DNA of 8,940 nt from Zygophlyctis sp. KS116 (Eukaryota > Fungi > Chytridiomycota): the NCBI GenBank assembly GCA_054661495.1, contig BAAFSQ010000362.1:1-8940 (forward strand), given 5' to 3'. The notes beneath the pieces are model-generated. The model did no database searches. It was not told where the DNA came from and saw only the letters and a program-made list of their open reading frames with translations. The translations under genes were made by a program, and so were the position numbers. This document shows, one piece after another, positions 6,882 through 8,940 of the stretch. How positions within the stretch are numbered: the first letter of the stretch is position 1; every line of letters begins with the position of its first letter.

Positions 6882-8940
6882 ATGTTTTCTAAACTTTTGA
6901 CACTTGGATTTCTATTCTTTGCTATTGTTCGATCTGATCTTGTGAAATATACGTTTGTGATTGAAGAATGGGTCGTGGATTTCATGCGACCGACAGTATC
7001 TCTGAATGATAGTGGCAATCTTCCTTGGAAACATCCAGCTATGCGTCAGCAACCGTTTCAGATTCCAGAAGAACAGCGGAAGCAGGCGCTATTGATCAAT
7101 GGAATGTATCCTGGTCCGTTGATTGATGTTTATGAAAATGATACAGTGGAAATAATTGTCATTAATAAAATGATGTCGGAAGCTACTACGATCCATTGGC
7201 ACGGTGTGCATATTCCTGGAACTCCATATATGGATGGGTCAAGATCAGTCACGCAAGGACCGATTTTACCAGGAGAATCATTTACTTACAAGTTTACCGC
7301 TTGGCCAGCTGGTTCGCATTGGTATCATTCTCATATGGATTCGGTGCAGGCTTCAAAGGGTATAAAGGGTCCATTTGTAATCAAAAAAAGAAATGATCCG
7401 CATAAAGACATGTATGATGAGGATTTGGTAGTTAGCGTGTCCGATGAATGGCGAGAACCTGCAATATGTCTCAAACTTGAGGGAGCAATGCCTGGGAATC
7501 CAGGTAACTTTTATTTTTTGTAAATTATAGTATGTGCGGATGTTCGTCATGTATCCTTTAATGGTCAATATGGTGATGGTAGTAAGGCTTATCCTTATCC
7601 AGTGATTCAGGTAGAATCGGGAAAATGCTATAGACTGAGATATATATTCATGGGTGTAAACACAGAAAATCTAATAATTCGAATGGCGGGGCATCAAATG
7701 ATGCTTATAGCCAAAGATGGAGGTGATTTGGAGCCGTTAAAGGTCCAATCATTTAATATGCATCTTGGTAAAGTAGCTCATACTCATGATTAGGAGAACG
7801 TTATGATGTTGTTGTTTGTGCTTACCAAGAACCTGGAAATTATCTGATCTCTGCCCGATATGACTATGCTTGCTCTTTAACAGAAGGAAATTTCATACCT
7901 CCCGGATTTTCTGCTGTTCCTGCTTGTGAATTTTATGCTTTTTTGGTATGTTTAGTAAACTAAAGATAGAAATATTCTTCTCATAAAGAGCTCCCAAAGA
8001 ATCAAAAGGGATCTCCGTATAAGGTACCTCCAAAAGGTTCTGGTGGAGGAATGAATCCACAAGAAGTGGAAGGTGTGGATTATGATTTGACACAATTTAA
8101 AAGTTATGCTTTTGCTAAACCTTTAAATCCTGAACCAGAGCCTGAAGAGCCCGATGTCCGATATGTGATTAACCTTGGACTCAAGGGGCCTACATATAGT
8201 GATCCAACAGACTCACCCATGACAAAAGGTACATACTATATGGATTTGGATGGGCCAAATGGGGGTAAGAAACGACCTTGGCGCCAACCGTCTTCACCTC
8301 TTTATATGTCCAAGGGACAATGTGGAGTTGGAGATATCCCCATCTTTAATGTGCCAGAAGAGGCAGTGACTGTAAAGCTTTTAAATTTAATGTTTTAGGT
8401 TGAAGTAGTTGTTAATAATCTAAGTCCAGCAGCCCATGTTTTACATTTACACGGCTCGGATTTCAAAGTAATTAACTTTGCCGACTATCAATGGTGTAAT
8501 TTGAATCGAACTGATTGTTTTCTTCGTCCCCATTGGTTACAAGTTGGAGGATGCCCAAAAGAAGATGTTGCAGTTGGAGATCCCAGCCACCCCAATCTAG
8601 TTGGTGGTCTTTTTTGGGGTTGCAAGTACAATGAGAAGAAACATAAAGCAACGCAAAATCTTGTCAATCCCATTTTACAGGATTCTGTCCAAGTTTGGCA
8701 GCGATCATGGCTAGTTTTAAGGTTTAAAGCCTTAAATCCTGGCTATTGGTTTTTCCATTGGTAATTTTAATATTATTTAATCATAAAGCCATATGGAACA
8801 ACATATTGCATTAGGAATGCAAGTTGTTTTTAATATTAGACCTTCAAAGCAACCTCTTGCTCCTCAGGATCCAGAGACTGCGAACTTCCAGGATCAGAAT
8901 TGTTCGTGCGCAATAAATGGAGAAAATAAAATTAGAAATT
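6882..8940 (+). CDS. Secreted three-domain multicopper oxidase (laccase/ascorbate-oxidase-like, AA1 family), 3'-partial; exons 6882-7503, 7531-7767, 7794-7945, 7970-8371, 8399-8760, 8789->8940
   Basis: Signal-peptide-like MFSKLLTLGFLFFAIVRS and INGMYPGP. Four copper motifs: HWHG (7194-7205), WYHSH (7320-7334), HVLHLHG (8435-8455) and HCHMEQHIALGM (8756-8819, spliced). GERYD is restored by splicing. About 642 codons are visible and the frame is still open at the window end. Confidence 0.94.
7504..7530 (+). other. Intron 1 of multicopper oxidase (27 nt, phase 1)
   Basis: GTAACT...TTATAG. Removal deletes in-frame TAA 7521-7523 and the frame continues VCADVRHVSFNGQYG. Confidence 0.9.
7768..7793 (+). 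other. Intron 2 of multicopper oxidase (26 nt, phase 1)
   Basis: GTAAAG...CTCATGATTAG. Removal restores HLGERYDVVV (the G[QE]RYD motif of multicopper oxidases). Confidence 0.92.
7946..7969 (+). other. Intron 3 of multicopper oxidase (24 nt, phase 0)
   Basis: GTATGT...CTAAAGATAG. Removal deletes in-frame TAA 7961-7963 and gives YAFL/KYS, resembling the AxLxY end of domain 2. Confidence 0.88.
8372..8398 (+). other. Intron 4 of multicopper oxidase (27 nt, phase 0)
   Basis: GTAAAG...TTAATGTTTTAG. The terminal TAG is an in-frame stop. Removal gives VT/VEVVVNNLSPAAHVLHLHG. Confidence 0.9.
8761..8788 (+). other. Intron 5 of multicopper oxidase (28 nt, phase 2, AAG acceptor)
   Basis: GTAATT...TTAATCATAAAG. 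Removal builds the TGC codon of the type-1 copper Cys and restores HCH. Confidence 0.94.

Noticed and set aside
6653-7018. 121-aa antisense ORF spanning the intergenic spacer
   Set aside because: It overlaps both real genes and has no motif I recognise. Chance is an adequate explanation unless a homology search or stranded RNA-seq says otherwise.
1271-8673. Remaining short antisense or out-of-frame ORFs (1271-1468, 1814-2020, 2895-3086, 3127-3318, 3588-3785, 4369-4728, 7196-7396, 7353-7568, 7893-8093, 8488-8673)
   Set aside because: Shadow ORFs nested in well-supported coding exons, with no recognisable motifs.

Overview
AT-rich eukaryotic genomic DNA, probably from a fungus and possibly an early-diverging one (my inference from the protein sequence). 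The fragmented ORF track resolves into two tandem + strand genes. (1) The spliceosomal U5 snRNP helicase Brr2/SNRNP200 at 186-6705 (5 exons, about 2,135 codons). (2) A secreted three-domain multicopper oxidase from 6882 to beyond 8940 (at least 6 exons). All nine inferred introns are ultra-short (24-30 nt, mean 27), begin GTA and have a candidate branch A at a nearly fixed position. Brr2 carries one tight cluster of lesions at 3056-3167 (frameshift plus in-frame TAA), and its C-terminal cassette has lost its nucleotide-binding motifs. The 176-nt intergenic spacer holds a 25-bp G.U-rich hairpin, and a C/A-rich degenerate repeat precedes the Brr2 ATG.
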